NCBI GenBank assembly: GCA_963706595.1
Contig: OY970166.1
Coordinates: 4,608,001 to 4,672,000, forward strand
Reading direction: 5' to 3'
DNA length: 64,000 bases
Source of the DNA: an uncultured cyanobacterium
Lineage (GTDB): Bacteria; Cyanobacteriota; Cyanobacteriia; Cyanobacteriales; Nostocaceae
Below the pieces are notes generated by a model. It did not search any database, was not told where the DNA came from, and saw nothing but the letters and a program-made list of their open reading frames with translations. Below are positions 54,784 to 64,000 of the stretch, piece after piece. The position numbers and the translations under genes are program-made. Positions within the stretch are counted from its first letter, which is position 1. Each line of letters opens with the position of its first letter.

Positions 54784-54866
54784 TCAGGGGGCGGACTTGT
54801 TTTTTCATAGTCTTTTGGTGTCAGCAAGACTGTAAAATCTACCCATAGAGTTGAGAATAAATTGCC

Positions 54867-55172
54867 ATGCCTGCTGAAACTAATGAAGTAAATTCTACAA
54901 CCAAGGGTGCTGATGCTATTGACGAAGCGATCGCCAAGGGAATCGATTTTGATGGTTCTGCCATTCCGACTGCAAAGCTAGAACTGTATACCAAAGTCAT
55001 GGCACTAGAGGGAAATAGACAGCGTAGTGGTGTATCTAATACCATGCGATCGCGCATTGTGCGAATTGGCGCAAAACACATTCCTCAAGCAGAACTCGAT
55101 CAATTCCTTGTAGAAGCAGGTTTTGCACCCCTCAAAGAGAAAGAAGTTGCCTTTTTCTATGGCGGTAAATGA
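54867..55172 (+). CDS. DUF4090-like conserved protein
   Basis: GADAIDEAI...RQRSGVSNTMRSRIVRIG. Confidence 0.7.
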   Translation: MPAETNEVNSTTKGADAIDEAIAKGIDFDGSAIPTAKLELYTKVMALEGNRQRSGVSNTMRSRIVRIGAKHIPQAELDQFLVEAGFAPLKEKEVAFFYGGK

Positions 55173-55177
55173 GATCC

Positions 55178-56665
55178 TTATTTTTCTAAAGTTCTCACAG
55201 TCACTACTTGCGGCGGAGTGGAATCGGGTGGATAAATCAAATCTAACTGTATATTGCGCTGAGATGAAGGTAGCAGTGTAACTTGCAATAATGGTTCTAG
55301 AACCTGAGCGGTTCTATGCCATAGATGCACATAGCGTGTTTTTTCTTGTCCCTGGTCATCAACATAGCGCAATCTGACTGTACCCCGAAAAAACGGAAAA
55401 TCCAGGGATGGCTTGCGAAAACGCACACCACCTTGAGATAACTTATCTTCCTTCAAAGGTGTTTCTAGAGTCAGAGTCACCTTCTGGGTGGCGTTCGTGT
55501 TGTTGTTTAGGGGCAAGTTGAGTTTATATTCCACCCCATAATTACCATGCGCTTCATAGGCTGTATCGGCATAGCGTACCAGCATTTTCGCAGTTTGAAT
55601 TTGTGCAGTACCTAATCGACCACTCCGCAGCGTGTCTAAAGCATAGGAAATGCCTTTACCTGGTTGAGGAATTGTCAAATAGTTGGCTTGAGGATTATCC
55701 ACCAGCTTTGCTTGCCACTGGGAACCTTGGGAGACACCAGCGACACGCCCATAAATCAGTTGTCCACTGGTAGCGTCTGGAGAAGTTGGGGTTTTATCCC
55801 TTGGTCCGGCGAAGTTTCCAGTATCCAGTAATGCTTGCCATTCTACAAGAGTGGGTGCGCGATCGCTATCATCAGCATTTTTTTTGGCAAATGTAGCCAA
55901 ACTAGCTGCATAAATTTTGCCATTACTACGCAGACGCATGAAACTAGAGCGACCATTGACAGGTTTTTCTAAATGTCGCACGCGAATAGGATGATTGAGT
56001 AACATTCGACTTTTTCCGGGAGGAATTACCAGTTTGGCGGGAAAATCAGCTTGGCGAATGCCTCGAAGTACGTCACTCACAGCCCGATTGCCTGGACCTG
56101 AGTAGGCTTTACCATCATTATTTTCTACATAAGGGGGTAAGGTAGCAAAGGGTGCATCCTCCATCAAATAACTTGCTGCCTGTAACACATCCACTGTGAC
56201 AGATTTTTTCCCAGGATTATGCAGAATTACGCCTAGATAAAGTGTTTGTAAATCCTTGGGAGTATGGGTATAGTGATGAGCAAATAAATCAAAGCGTCCC
56301 TGAAAAGGAAAATTCAGGTGTGCGGCGGCTACTTTTTTCCCATTTGCAGGAAATGTAGAAAGTAAAATGCCCTCGGTTTTGACCCATTCTGGACTATTGC
56401 TATTAAATACAGGTATTGTATCCAAATTTCCAGGTAAAGCGCGGACTTCCCCAGCTTGTACTATCTCTTGGGGTGTTGGCTTTGGTGAACTTTGGGCAAC
56501 TACTGAATCATCACCAGGAAGATTTAATTTTAAAATATTACATCCACCTACTGGAGTCATCGTAAGTCCCAATAGAAGTAAAAATATAGTTTTAGGTAAT
56601 TTATTTTGAAATTGATTGAATGACATTGATGTTGATTTCCCCGAAACTGTTGATTCAAAGATCAC
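55178..56665 (-). CDS. DUF3370-like exported protein
   Basis: PVFNSNSPE, AHGNYGVEY, YPPDSTPPQV. Confidence 0.8.
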   Translation of the reverse strand: MIFESTVSGKSTSMSFNQFQNKLPKTIFLLLLGLTMTPVGGCNILKLNLPGDDSVVAQSSPKPTPQEIVQAGEVRALPGNLDTIPVFNSNSPEWVKTEGILLSTFPANGKKVAAAHLNFPFQGRFDLFAHHYTHTPKDLQTLYLGVILHNPGKKSVTVDVLQAASYLMEDAPFATLPPYVENNDGKAYSGPGNRAVSDVLRGIRQADFPAKLVIPPGKSRMLLNHPIRVRHLEKPVNGRSSFMRLRSNGKIYAASLATFAKKNADDSDRAPTLVEWQALLDTGNFAGPRDKTPTSPDATSGQLIYGRVAGVSQGSQWQAKLVDNPQANYLTIPQPGKGISYALDTLRSGRLGTAQIQTAKMLVRYADTAYEAHGNYGVEYKLNLPLNNNTNATQKVTLTLETPLKEDKLSQGGVRFRKPSLDFPFFRGTVRLRYVDDQGQEKTRYVHLWHRTAQVLEPLLQVTLLPSSQRNIQLDLIYPPDSTPPQVVTVRTLEK

Positions 56666-56903
56666 AATTTGTAACTACAAGTTCCTGGAAGCAGATTTCT
56701 AAAACACGTACATATTTATAGCCGCAGTCAGATATGTGAGGACAGTGTTGATTGTTCCAAGCGTTGAAGCAACTGGGTTTATACTCAGAAAACTCTCCCC
56801 TCTCCTTGCTAAGGAGAGGGGTTGGGGGTGAGGTTCTGTATTTTCTATAAAAAAAAAGACAGGCATTTCGCCTGTCCACAAAAGTATTGATTTAGCAAAG
56901 ATT

Positions 56904-57905
56904 TTAGAAATTAAGTTCAGCAGCTTGAACTTTTTCAACCTGCTTCTTCTTCAACACGAGCATTACTTGAGCTAACATTACAAGAGCAACAAAGGCAATC
57001 ATGCCTTGAACTCTAGTAGAGTCTTGCAATACAATTTCTACATCTTTTTGACCAAATCCACCCACATTGGGGTTATTGGTCAAAGCATCACCAGCACTTA
57101 CAGATTGTCCTTCAGAAACAATCAATTCTGGTCCTGCGGGAATGGTATCAATAGTAGTATCGCCAGCTTCGGTTTGGATATTTACTAGATATTTAGCATT
57201 ACCAGATTCATCTTCTTCTTTGGCAATCTTGCTAATTGTGCCAGTAGCGGAAGCATTGTAAATGGTATTATTGCTCTTTTCACCAGTAGGATAAACTTGT
57301 CCACGTCCCCGGTTCGCACCTAAGTGAACTGAATATTTACCGAAGTGAATATTTTTATCGGTGGCGGGGTTGGGAGAAAGAACTGGGAAGACAATTTCTT
57401 GATACTGTTCACCGGGTATGGGTCCCACAAGCAGAACATTCTCGCTGTCTTCAGTGTAGGTTTGGAAGTAAACATCGCCTACTTCTTCTTTGAGTTCTTC
57501 AGAAATGCGGTCTGCTGGTGCAATTTTGAAGCCTTCTGGTAACATCAACACAGCGCCGACGTTCAAGCCAACTTTAGAACCATCAGCACCAACTTGTTGG
57601 ATGTTGGTATCGTAGGGAATTTTCACTACCGCTTTAAACACGGTATCAGGTAAAACTGATTGGGGAACTTCTACTTCTGCTGGTTTAGCTGCTAGGTGAC
57701 AGTTAGCGCAAACAATCCGCCCTGTCGGTTCGCGGGGGCTTTCAGGATAGGTTTGTTGCGCCCAGAACGGATATGCAGCAGCGCTTTGGGGAAGGGCTAA
57801 ATCGCTAGTGAAGTAAAATGTCAAGGTAGCGATCGCTATGAGCAATGTTTTCATAATTGCTCTAGCATTGCGAGTTACACTCGCTGTGGTACGGGCATTT
57901 CTCAT
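56904..57905 (-). CDS. petA: Apocytochrome f
   Basis: YPFWAQ, CANCH, GNRGRGQ-like motif. Confidence 0.98.
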   Translation of the reverse strand: MRNARTTASVTRNARAIMKTLLIAIATLTFYFTSDLALPQSAAAYPFWAQQTYPESPREPTGRIVCANCHLAAKPAEVEVPQSVLPDTVFKAVVKIPYDTNIQQVGADGSKVGLNVGAVLMLPEGFKIAPADRISEELKEEVGDVYFQTYTEDSENVLLVGPIPGEQYQEIVFPVLSPNPATDKNIHFGKYSVHLGANRGRGQVYPTGEKSNNTIYNASATGTISKIAKEEDESGNAKYLVNIQTEAGDTTIDTIPAGPELIVSEGQSVSAGDALTNNPNVGGFGQKDVEIVLQDSTRVQGMIAFVALVMLAQVMLVLKKKQVEKVQAAELNF

Positions 57906-58021
57906 CTCTATAAGGACAACTATTCTCTGGTTAATTGGTCATTGGTCATTGACTTTGCACTCAAAACTTAGCACTCTCTTGTACAGACGCGATTTATCGC
58001 GTCTCAGAACTCAGCGCTTCA

Positions 58022-58561
58022 TTAAGACCACCAAGGTTCTTCGTCGGTGCGGAAGTCGGTTTCAGTCCAAGGGGTCAAAACGATTTTGTCATTTTCGGTT
58101 TTGGTGTGTGCGAGAGCCAAAGATAGAGGTGCTGGACCTCTGACCACCTTACCAGTTGCATCGTACTGAGAACCGTGACAAGGACATTTAAACTTGTTCT
58201 CTGCGACATTCCAGGGAACAACACAACCTAAGTGTGTGCAGATAGCATTAATGCCGTAATCGCCAATCGCTTCTTTGCTTTCTACGACCATATAGGTGGG
58301 GTCGCCCTTGAGTCCTTGAACTAAGGCGCGATCGCCTACGTTGTGGCTTGCGAGAAAGCCACTGACGCTAACATCGTTACCCAGCTCGTCTTTTGCTGTT
58401 GTACCGCCACCAGCGCCACCACTAGCAGGTGGAATAAAGTAGTTGACTACGGGATACAATGCACCCAGAGCCACACCTGTCACAGTCCCAAAAGTCAGCA
58501 AATTCATGAACTGACGACGGCCCATATCTGGCACGTCCATTGATTCAGAAAATTGAGCCAT
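58022..58561 (-). CDS. petC: Cytochrome b6f Rieske iron-sulfur subunit
   Basis: Tat RRQF, CTHLGC, CPCHGS. Confidence 0.98.
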   Translation of the reverse strand: MAQFSESMDVPDMGRRQFMNLLTFGTVTGVALGALYPVVNYFIPPASGGAGGGTTAKDELGNDVSVSGFLASHNVGDRALVQGLKGDPTYMVVESKEAIGDYGINAICTHLGCVVPWNVAENKFKCPCHGSQYDATGKVVRGPAPLSLALAHTKTENDKIVLTPWTETDFRTDEEPWWS

Positions 58562-58790
58562 ATTCTACGCGCTCTTTGTGTATTTTGTTAAGCATTCTTA
58601 CAAGAGTACCAGTACTTGAGCAACTCCTGTTTGAGTGGAAATGCCAACGCCTACAACGATGCTAATTTTCTTTATTCCAAGATATATTGAGCATCTCTTC
58701 TGTTAGCATTACATTTCTTTATATGTCTATCATACTTGAGTTACCGAACGTAACATCATAACTAAATGTAAAATCTAATGGAGAAAAGCT

Positions 58791-59099
58791 ATGACAGGAC
58801 AGGAATTACGGAAATTATTGCTTGACAAATGGGGATATTCTTACGATGTCCAGTTCCGGCGCACCAAGGGGAAGATATTTCTGCAAGTGATGTGGAAGTA
58901 TCTTGAGCAAGCTTCTTTTCCCTTGACTGAGGCTGAGTACCAAGAGCATCTTGACAGTATTGCTAATTATCTTCAGGCTTTGGATGGCACTGTGCAAGTA
59001 CAAACATTTATTGCTCAAACGCGCGATCGCCCCCGACTGGGTAAAGCTGTGAGTATTCCCCTCGATTTAGGTGAACGCGCCTCGGAATGGATTGTTTGA
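58791..59099 (+). CDS. DUF3067 family protein
   Basis: KWGYSYDVQ...MWKYLEQASFP; divergent from petC. Confidence 0.8.
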   Translation: MTGQELRKLLLDKWGYSYDVQFRRTKGKIFLQVMWKYLEQASFPLTEAEYQEHLDSIANYLQALDGTVQVQTFIAQTRDRPRLGKAVSIPLDLGERASEWIV

Positions 59100-59503
59100 G
59101 AGGCGATGCGATGCGATGCGATCGCCAGTCAGACTAAAAAAATGTTCAGGCTATTCAGCAAGAGTTTACCCATGTCATGATTAATAATCATGGTATAGGC
59201 AGAGTTGCACCATTATAGAAAACAGCTGCTTTACCTTCACTTTTAGCAGCACTAACAGCTTGTCTAGCTTCCTCCCACGATGGCAACGATAGAAACTCCC
59301 ATTTACCATTATTATCATTAGCAATGGCTATAGTGGTTTGCTTTTGTGTCCAATCGCTATCTGAACATTTCTTGTATTACAAGATGAATTACGGAAAGTG
59401 GGTTTTATGTTTTATTTTAAAACTTTGTGCTGAGAAGATATTATTTTTGTGTGCGTGACTTAATATGATTTCTGATTAAAAATTACAACTTTTAATCAAT
59501 TAG

Positions 59504-60790
59504 TTAGTTCCAAGGAGAAACAATTTCAGGGATTATATCAGAATTTCCCATTTCTTTTTTTAGGTAATTTACAATCTCTTCTTCCAAATGATGCTTATTT
59601 TTTAAATAATCAATTATGCTATTACATTTATTTTTCGCATCCTCTGGTGATTCGCCAAATGTTACAATATCTTCTTCATCACTGATATAGACTTTTGGCA
59701 GAATTTTACCAGTGTAAATATCTATATCAAAATCAGCAACCAGTTCTTTAATAAGAAGTCTATATAGATATATAGGCTTTCGTTTGTGGGCATTAAAATT
59801 ATTACTGGTTTCAAGAAAATTATTTCTTATATATTTGAGTTTATTCAATAAATCACTAGAAAAAACTTTATTCATTATATAGTAATCGCTAAAAATTAAT
59901 AATTCTTTAAGACTATCTAATATCTTTTCATAATCATCAAAAAATTGATTTTGCAATTTCTCTAAATTTTTATTCAAATAACGTTTTGATAAATAGTAAC
60001 TTGTGAATATACCAAGAAGGGAAGTGGTGATGATGACAATTCTAACAATTATTATGGTTCTTTTATATTGAGGTTGGTAATTAGTTTGATTAATATAAGT
60101 CCTCTTAACTTTCATATCTTCATTCAATTCAATTTCAATTAACAACCTTTCAAGATAATTCAAGCATTGTTGTAATTGAATTGAGTATTGGGAGATTATA
60201 TCAATATTTTTCTCATCATAAATACCTACTTTATTCAATGCTGTATCATAAGATTTAGAATTAATAAGATCATTTTTATATATTTGTATGTAATTAATGC
60301 CTTCTTTAGGTGAAGTAAATGATAAATAAGTTTTAATAAATTGTAATGATCTCACTTGTGCATCAATAGAGTTTCTAAATAAAACTGCTATTTCTCTCTT
60401 TTCTTTATCATCTGCTAATTTCTTTAAAAATCTATTAGTTGAAAAAGTACCTAATATGATAAATATAAAAGAAATGCTAGAGTTATCTTTAGCCCAACAT
60501 TGAATTGAAGACCAATGACTATAAATAATCTGAACAATAAAGCCAGAGGCTATAAAAATAAAACTTGACATTATAACTCCTGGCGGAGTTTCGTTAGATT
60601 CAGGAATTTTAACACCATGTACGAATGTTAATATAAATAGGCCAGTTATTAAAAATCCAATAATTGCTGGTAAAACTTGTATCATAGGGTATAAATAATT
60701 AAGAATCATCATAAAAACCGATTCAATTAATTTAAACAAATTCAGGTGGTCTGAGGTTTGTAAAGTTAGTAGCAGCATAGTGATTGTCAA
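59504..60790 (-). CDS. Very AT-rich multi-TM hypothetical protein (island cargo); true start probably ~60712
   Basis: Long ORF, three N-terminal TM helices plus one later, composition unlike core genes. Confidence 0.65.
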   Translation of the reverse strand: MTITMLLLTLQTSDHLNLFKLIESVFMMILNYLYPMIQVLPAIIGFLITGLFILTFVHGVKIPESNETPPGVIMSSFIFIASGFIVQIIYSHWSSIQCWAKDNSSISFIFIILGTFSTNRFLKKLADDKEKREIAVLFRNSIDAQVRSLQFIKTYLSFTSPKEGINYIQIYKNDLINSKSYDTALNKVGIYDEKNIDIISQYSIQLQQCLNYLERLLIEIELNEDMKVKRTYINQTNYQPQYKRTIIIVRIVIITTSLLGIFTSYYLSKRYLNKNLEKLQNQFFDDYEKILDSLKELLIFSDYYIMNKVFSSDLLNKLKYIRNNFLETSNNFNAHKRKPIYLYRLLIKELVADFDIDIYTGKILPKVYISDEEDIVTFGESPEDAKNKCNSIIDYLKNKHHLEEEIVNYLKKEMGNSDIIPEIVSPWN

Positions 60791-61886
60791 TCATTTTGGC
60801 GGAGGTTCCAGTCCATCGGCTGATCGCTGTGCTGTTAATATGTGACTCTACACACAAGCTAATAAAAGTATGTCGTGTCTGGTAGCTTTTGCGGTAAGGA
60901 ACGCCACATTTAGCTAAAATTGCCTTCCATGCACGATTAGAAAAGTTGTGATGGTCGATAAATTTACCTGTTGGACTGGTAAAAACGAAGGCTTCAGAAT
61001 TAGGTTCCTGCGTCCGAATTTCAGCTACGATAGCTTGTAATTCCGAATTAATTGGGAAATCACGCTTTGTTTGTGTTTTTAACCCTTCCTTCAGAAATAA
61101 GCCGTTTTCAGAAACAACAACCGATGCCCGAAACTGAATTACACTCTTAGTAATGTGTTTCCACTTCAACCCGATAGCCTCAGATGGTCTGCACCCTGTA
61201 AAAAAAAGGAAGCGCACATAGTTTGTATAGTGACTGTAGTAGCGATCGCTAGCAAAAGTCTGAATAATTAAATCTCTTTCTTCTTTACTGAAGGGTTCTA
61301 TATCTTTTTCTTCAGTCACACCCTTGGGTACTTTGATTTTCATGGGCGTAAAAGGGTTAATATCAATTAATCCCTCTGACATTGCCCAATTACAACAAGC
61401 TTTCAACTGAGTTAAGCAACGTTTCGCAGCATCAGGAGTTAAATTCGCCAAAAGATGATCTCGAATGGCTGATGCTTCGTCTAGCGATCGCGTTGGTAAC
61501 TTAGCGATGTGATTTCGATGTTTAGTAAAGTCTTTAGCGAAAGTACTAGGGCTGACTTGAGGTTTTTTAAACTGGCTATATTTGTCCCAAAGTTTGTCTA
61601 ACTCAGGTTTTGGTTTCTGAATTGGTGTAAGTGGTGTAACCGTACTTAAAGATGATTTAGGTTTGTATTTCTCTAAAGATTCGTCAAACCTTTCCCATAA
61701 GATGTCTTTCTCAACCTCCTCTGCTTTAAGTTCTGCTAGTTTCCGGTTACTAGGAGTATCAGCCCATCCGGTGGAAAAATAATAGCGCCTACCACCATAG
61801 TGAAATCTCAACTGTAATCGACCATTAGAGTTAATGATTGACACAGACCCCTTAGATCCTCGTTCGGTAGCAGTGTCACTGTACAT
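60732..61886 (-). CDS. Tyrosine recombinase/integrase with N-terminal arm-binding domain
   Basis: GRLQLRF...TGWADTPSN, TGCRPSE, YQTRHT, HY; immediately downstream of the tRNA. Confidence 0.92.
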   Translation of the reverse strand: MYSDTATERGSKGSVSIINSNGRLQLRFHYGGRRYYFSTGWADTPSNRKLAELKAEEVEKDILWERFDESLEKYKPKSSLSTVTPLTPIQKPKPELDKLWDKYSQFKKPQVSPSTFAKDFTKHRNHIAKLPTRSLDEASAIRDHLLANLTPDAAKRCLTQLKACCNWAMSEGLIDINPFTPMKIKVPKGVTEEKDIEPFSKEERDLIIQTFASDRYYSHYTNYVRFLFFTGCRPSEAIGLKWKHITKSVIQFRASVVVSENGLFLKEGLKTQTKRDFPINSELQAIVAEIRTQEPNSEAFVFTSPTGKFIDHHNFSNRAWKAILAKCGVPYRKSYQTRHTFISLCVESHINSTAISRWTGTSAKMIDNHYAATNFTNLRPPEFV

Positions 61887-62008
61887 ATGTATTAATGGTG
61901 TAATTCTCCCCTACTTTACACCACTTTTTTGCCTCAAGGTATCAAAAATGTCCAAAACTTCTCTCAAAATTACAACATTAGTTCTCTATCTTTCAGTCAT
62001 CACAAACT

Positions 62009-62044
62009 AAAAACCCCTGAAAAGCGATGTTTTCAAGGGTTTTT
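62009..62044 (-). terminator. Hairpin downstream of tRNA-Phe
   Basis: AAAACCCCTGAAAA-gcgatg-TTTTCAAGGGTTTT. Confidence 0.65.
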
Positions 62045-62051
62045 ATTTATA

Positions 62052-62124
<73 letters not shown>

Positions 62125-62200
62125 TGGGGGCTTTTGTCACCCACGATTAATAAATGTAGCACAACAATAATTGCTTGGCAAGAGGTTGAAGAAAAAAAGT

Positions 62201-63070
62201 TTATCTGGCTTTGAAATTCAACTTAACGGTAAAGAAAACAGCGACAAAAAACAAAAACTGCACAAGCACAATACTAGGGCCTGATGGCAGGTTAAAAAGT
62301 CCCGAAACCATAATACCAGTCAGGCTTGTGGTTGAACCGACGATAATTGATAAAACCAGAAAACGGTTAAAGTGATGACTCATCAGCTTGGCTGTGGAAG
62401 CGGGAATCACTAAAAAAGCATTGACTAGCAAAACACCGACGGCTGTAATCGCTACGGCAACAGCTAGGGAAAGTAAAATGATAAAGCCATAGCGATATAG
62501 TTGAACTGGAACACCTTGTACTTGCGCTACATCGGGGTTCAGGGTTAACAAAATTTGCTGTTGCAGGGTGGAAAATAAAAATATGCTGCTGGCTATCAGC
62601 AAAAGTAAGGTCAAAATTAAATCTGTATTGTCGATCGCCAGAATATCCCCGAACAATACTCTCATTAAATTGCCACGATAACCCGGAACGAAGCTAGTCA
62701 GGATTACGCCAATACCTAATGCTCCTGATAGCACTATACTCAGGACACTATCGCTGGCTAAATCGGTCTTGTCGATGAAGTAGAGGACAACCACGCCAAA
62801 CACTAAGGTAAAAGGCAACAGCATCCAAGTTGGATTCAACTGTAGCAATACTCCTAAGACTACGCCGATTAATGCTGCATGACCCACGGCATGGCTGAAA
62901 AAAGATAGTTGGCGCAATGTGGCAAAACTACCTAGTAAGCCTCCCAGAATTCCCATTAACACAGCACCTGCGATCGCGCGCTGCATGAAAGGAAATTGTA
63001 ACAAATTTACAAAGTCAAAGTTAGAGGCGATCGCTAGCAAGTTGATTTGGCAAACAGAGCATAAATACAT
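62201..63070 (-). CDS. Zn/Mn ABC transporter permease (ZnuB-like)
   Basis: FMQRA, HAVGHAAL, LFGDIL, VGVLLV. Confidence 0.9.
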   Translation of the reverse strand: MYLCSVCQINLLAIASNFDFVNLLQFPFMQRAIAGAVLMGILGGLLGSFATLRQLSFFSHAVGHAALIGVVLGVLLQLNPTWMLLPFTLVFGVVVLYFIDKTDLASDSVLSIVLSGALGIGVILTSFVPGYRGNLMRVLFGDILAIDNTDLILTLLLLIASSIFLFSTLQQQILLTLNPDVAQVQGVPVQLYRYGFIILLSLAVAVAITAVGVLLVNAFLVIPASTAKLMSHHFNRFLVLSIIVGSTTSLTGIMVSGLFNLPSGPSIVLVQFLFFVAVFFTVKLNFKAR

Positions 63071-63223
63071 AAGTACAATCTATATATTTTTGAGCCTGAT
63101 TTTATTGATCACAGGCAAAATTTTATCAATATCAATCAAAGATAATTTTTATAATTAGATGGAAATTTAAAACTGGCCAATATTGAGTATAATTTAAGAT
63201 AGATTACTATAGATATTCATATT

Positions 63224-63547
63224 GTGCAACACTTAGCAGGACAAGTTATCAGCACCGAAAAAGCCCAACAGATGGCGGAATTCTTTAGCTTTTTAGGAGA
63301 CCCTAATCGCCTGCGAATTCTTTCTTTTTTGGCTAATAAAGAACTGTGTGTGAGTGATTTAGCAGGATTACTAAATATGAGTGAATCTGCTGTTTCCCAT
63401 CAACTGCGAAATTTGCGAGTCATGCGATTAGTTGGCTATCGGAAGCAAGGACGTAATGTGTTTTATCATCTCCACGATCATCATATTTTTCATCTTTATC
63501 AGGCTGTAGCTGAACACTTGGATGAACCTGCTGAATCGTCAAATTAG
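63224..63547 (+). CDS. ArsR/SmtB-family metal-sensing repressor
   Basis: DPNRLRI, ELCVSDL, SAVSHQL, alpha5 DxH-x10-HxxE site. Confidence 0.9.
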   Translation: MQHLAGQVISTEKAQQMAEFFSFLGDPNRLRILSFLANKELCVSDLAGLLNMSESAVSHQLRNLRVMRLVGYRKQGRNVFYHLHDHHIFHLYQAVAEHLDEPAESSN

Positions 63548-63631
63548 CGAGTCAAAACTTATTTGGCTTTTACTTTTTGAATCGGGGATGTGAATTATCC
63601 AAAATTGTGAGTAACGGTATTGTTAAAAATT

Positions 63632-64000
63632 TTAATGGTGATGCTTATAAGGACTGAATCCCAGACCATAAGTTGCTAACAGATTTTGGGGTGAAAGGGC
63701 AATTTCGGGTTGACCAGTACAAACAACAGTTTGGTTAAAGCAAAGAACGCGATCGCAATGACGGCTGACCATATCAATATCATGGGAAACCTGCAACACC
63801 GTCCAACCTTCTTCCCGCTTTAATTCATTTAACAAAGCGTAAAAATCTGTTGTCCCTTGGACATCAACACCAGCGAAAGCTTCATCTAGTACCAAAAGTT
63901 GCCGAGGAATTACTAAACAATAAGCCAGCAATACCCGCTTCAGTTGACCACCACTAAGAGTTCCAATAGCTTGATGCTTAAGATGATACGCATCAGTTCG
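63632..64000 (-). CDS. Zn/Mn ABC transporter ATPase (ZnuC-like), 3' part only
   Basis: LSGGQLKR, LDEAFAGVD, VSHD, His-rich end; continues past the window edge. Confidence 0.88.
   Translation of the reverse strand, partial: RTDAYHLKHQAIGTLSGGQLKRVLLAYCLVIPRQLLVLDEAFAGVDVQGTTDFYALLNELKREEGWTVLQVSHDIDMVSRHCDRVLCFNQTVVCTGQPEIALSPQNLLATYGLGFSPYKHHH

Noticed and set aside
60732..61886. Heterocyst excisase (xis) element
   Set aside because: No interrupted nif/hup gene halves flank it; the tRNA-adjacent position fits an ordinary island integrase

Overview
64-kb chromosomal window from a heterocyst-forming (Nostocales-like) cyanobacterium. The assignment rests on frequent HIP1 GCGATCGC sites, STRR heptamer repeats, psbA, petC/petA, psaM, ppc, an hglK-like gene and a CAAD-bearing ValRS. 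Most of it is core genome (rplI, dnaB, recN, valS, hemB, mgdA, ppc) plus a polysaccharide/glycosyltransferase cluster at the start. Accessory elements: (1) a diversity-generating retroelement (DGR) cassette at ~15.9-18.8 kb (SEFIR + FGE/CLec target with a variable repeat, avd, reverse transcriptase). The RT looks C-terminally truncated, no template repeat is visible in the window, and a small multi-TM gene lies upstream. (2) A GxxExxY PD-(D/E)XK nuclease-family gene bracketed by a perfect 46-bp inverted repeat, at the centre of a sharp, symmetric local G/T vs A/C strand-skew switch, with solo repeats of the same architecture elsewhere. (3) An IS607 element whose TnpB has pro-Fanzor-type motifs and a long frame overlapping tnpA. 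(4) A tnpA-less IS200/IS605 tnpB element carrying a small divergent ORF. (5) A tRNA-Phe-linked integrase mini-island. (6) Several nested MITE/REP composites, and a candidate pseudoknotted 5'-leader RNA. All assignments come from reading the sequence and recalling motifs; no searches were run.
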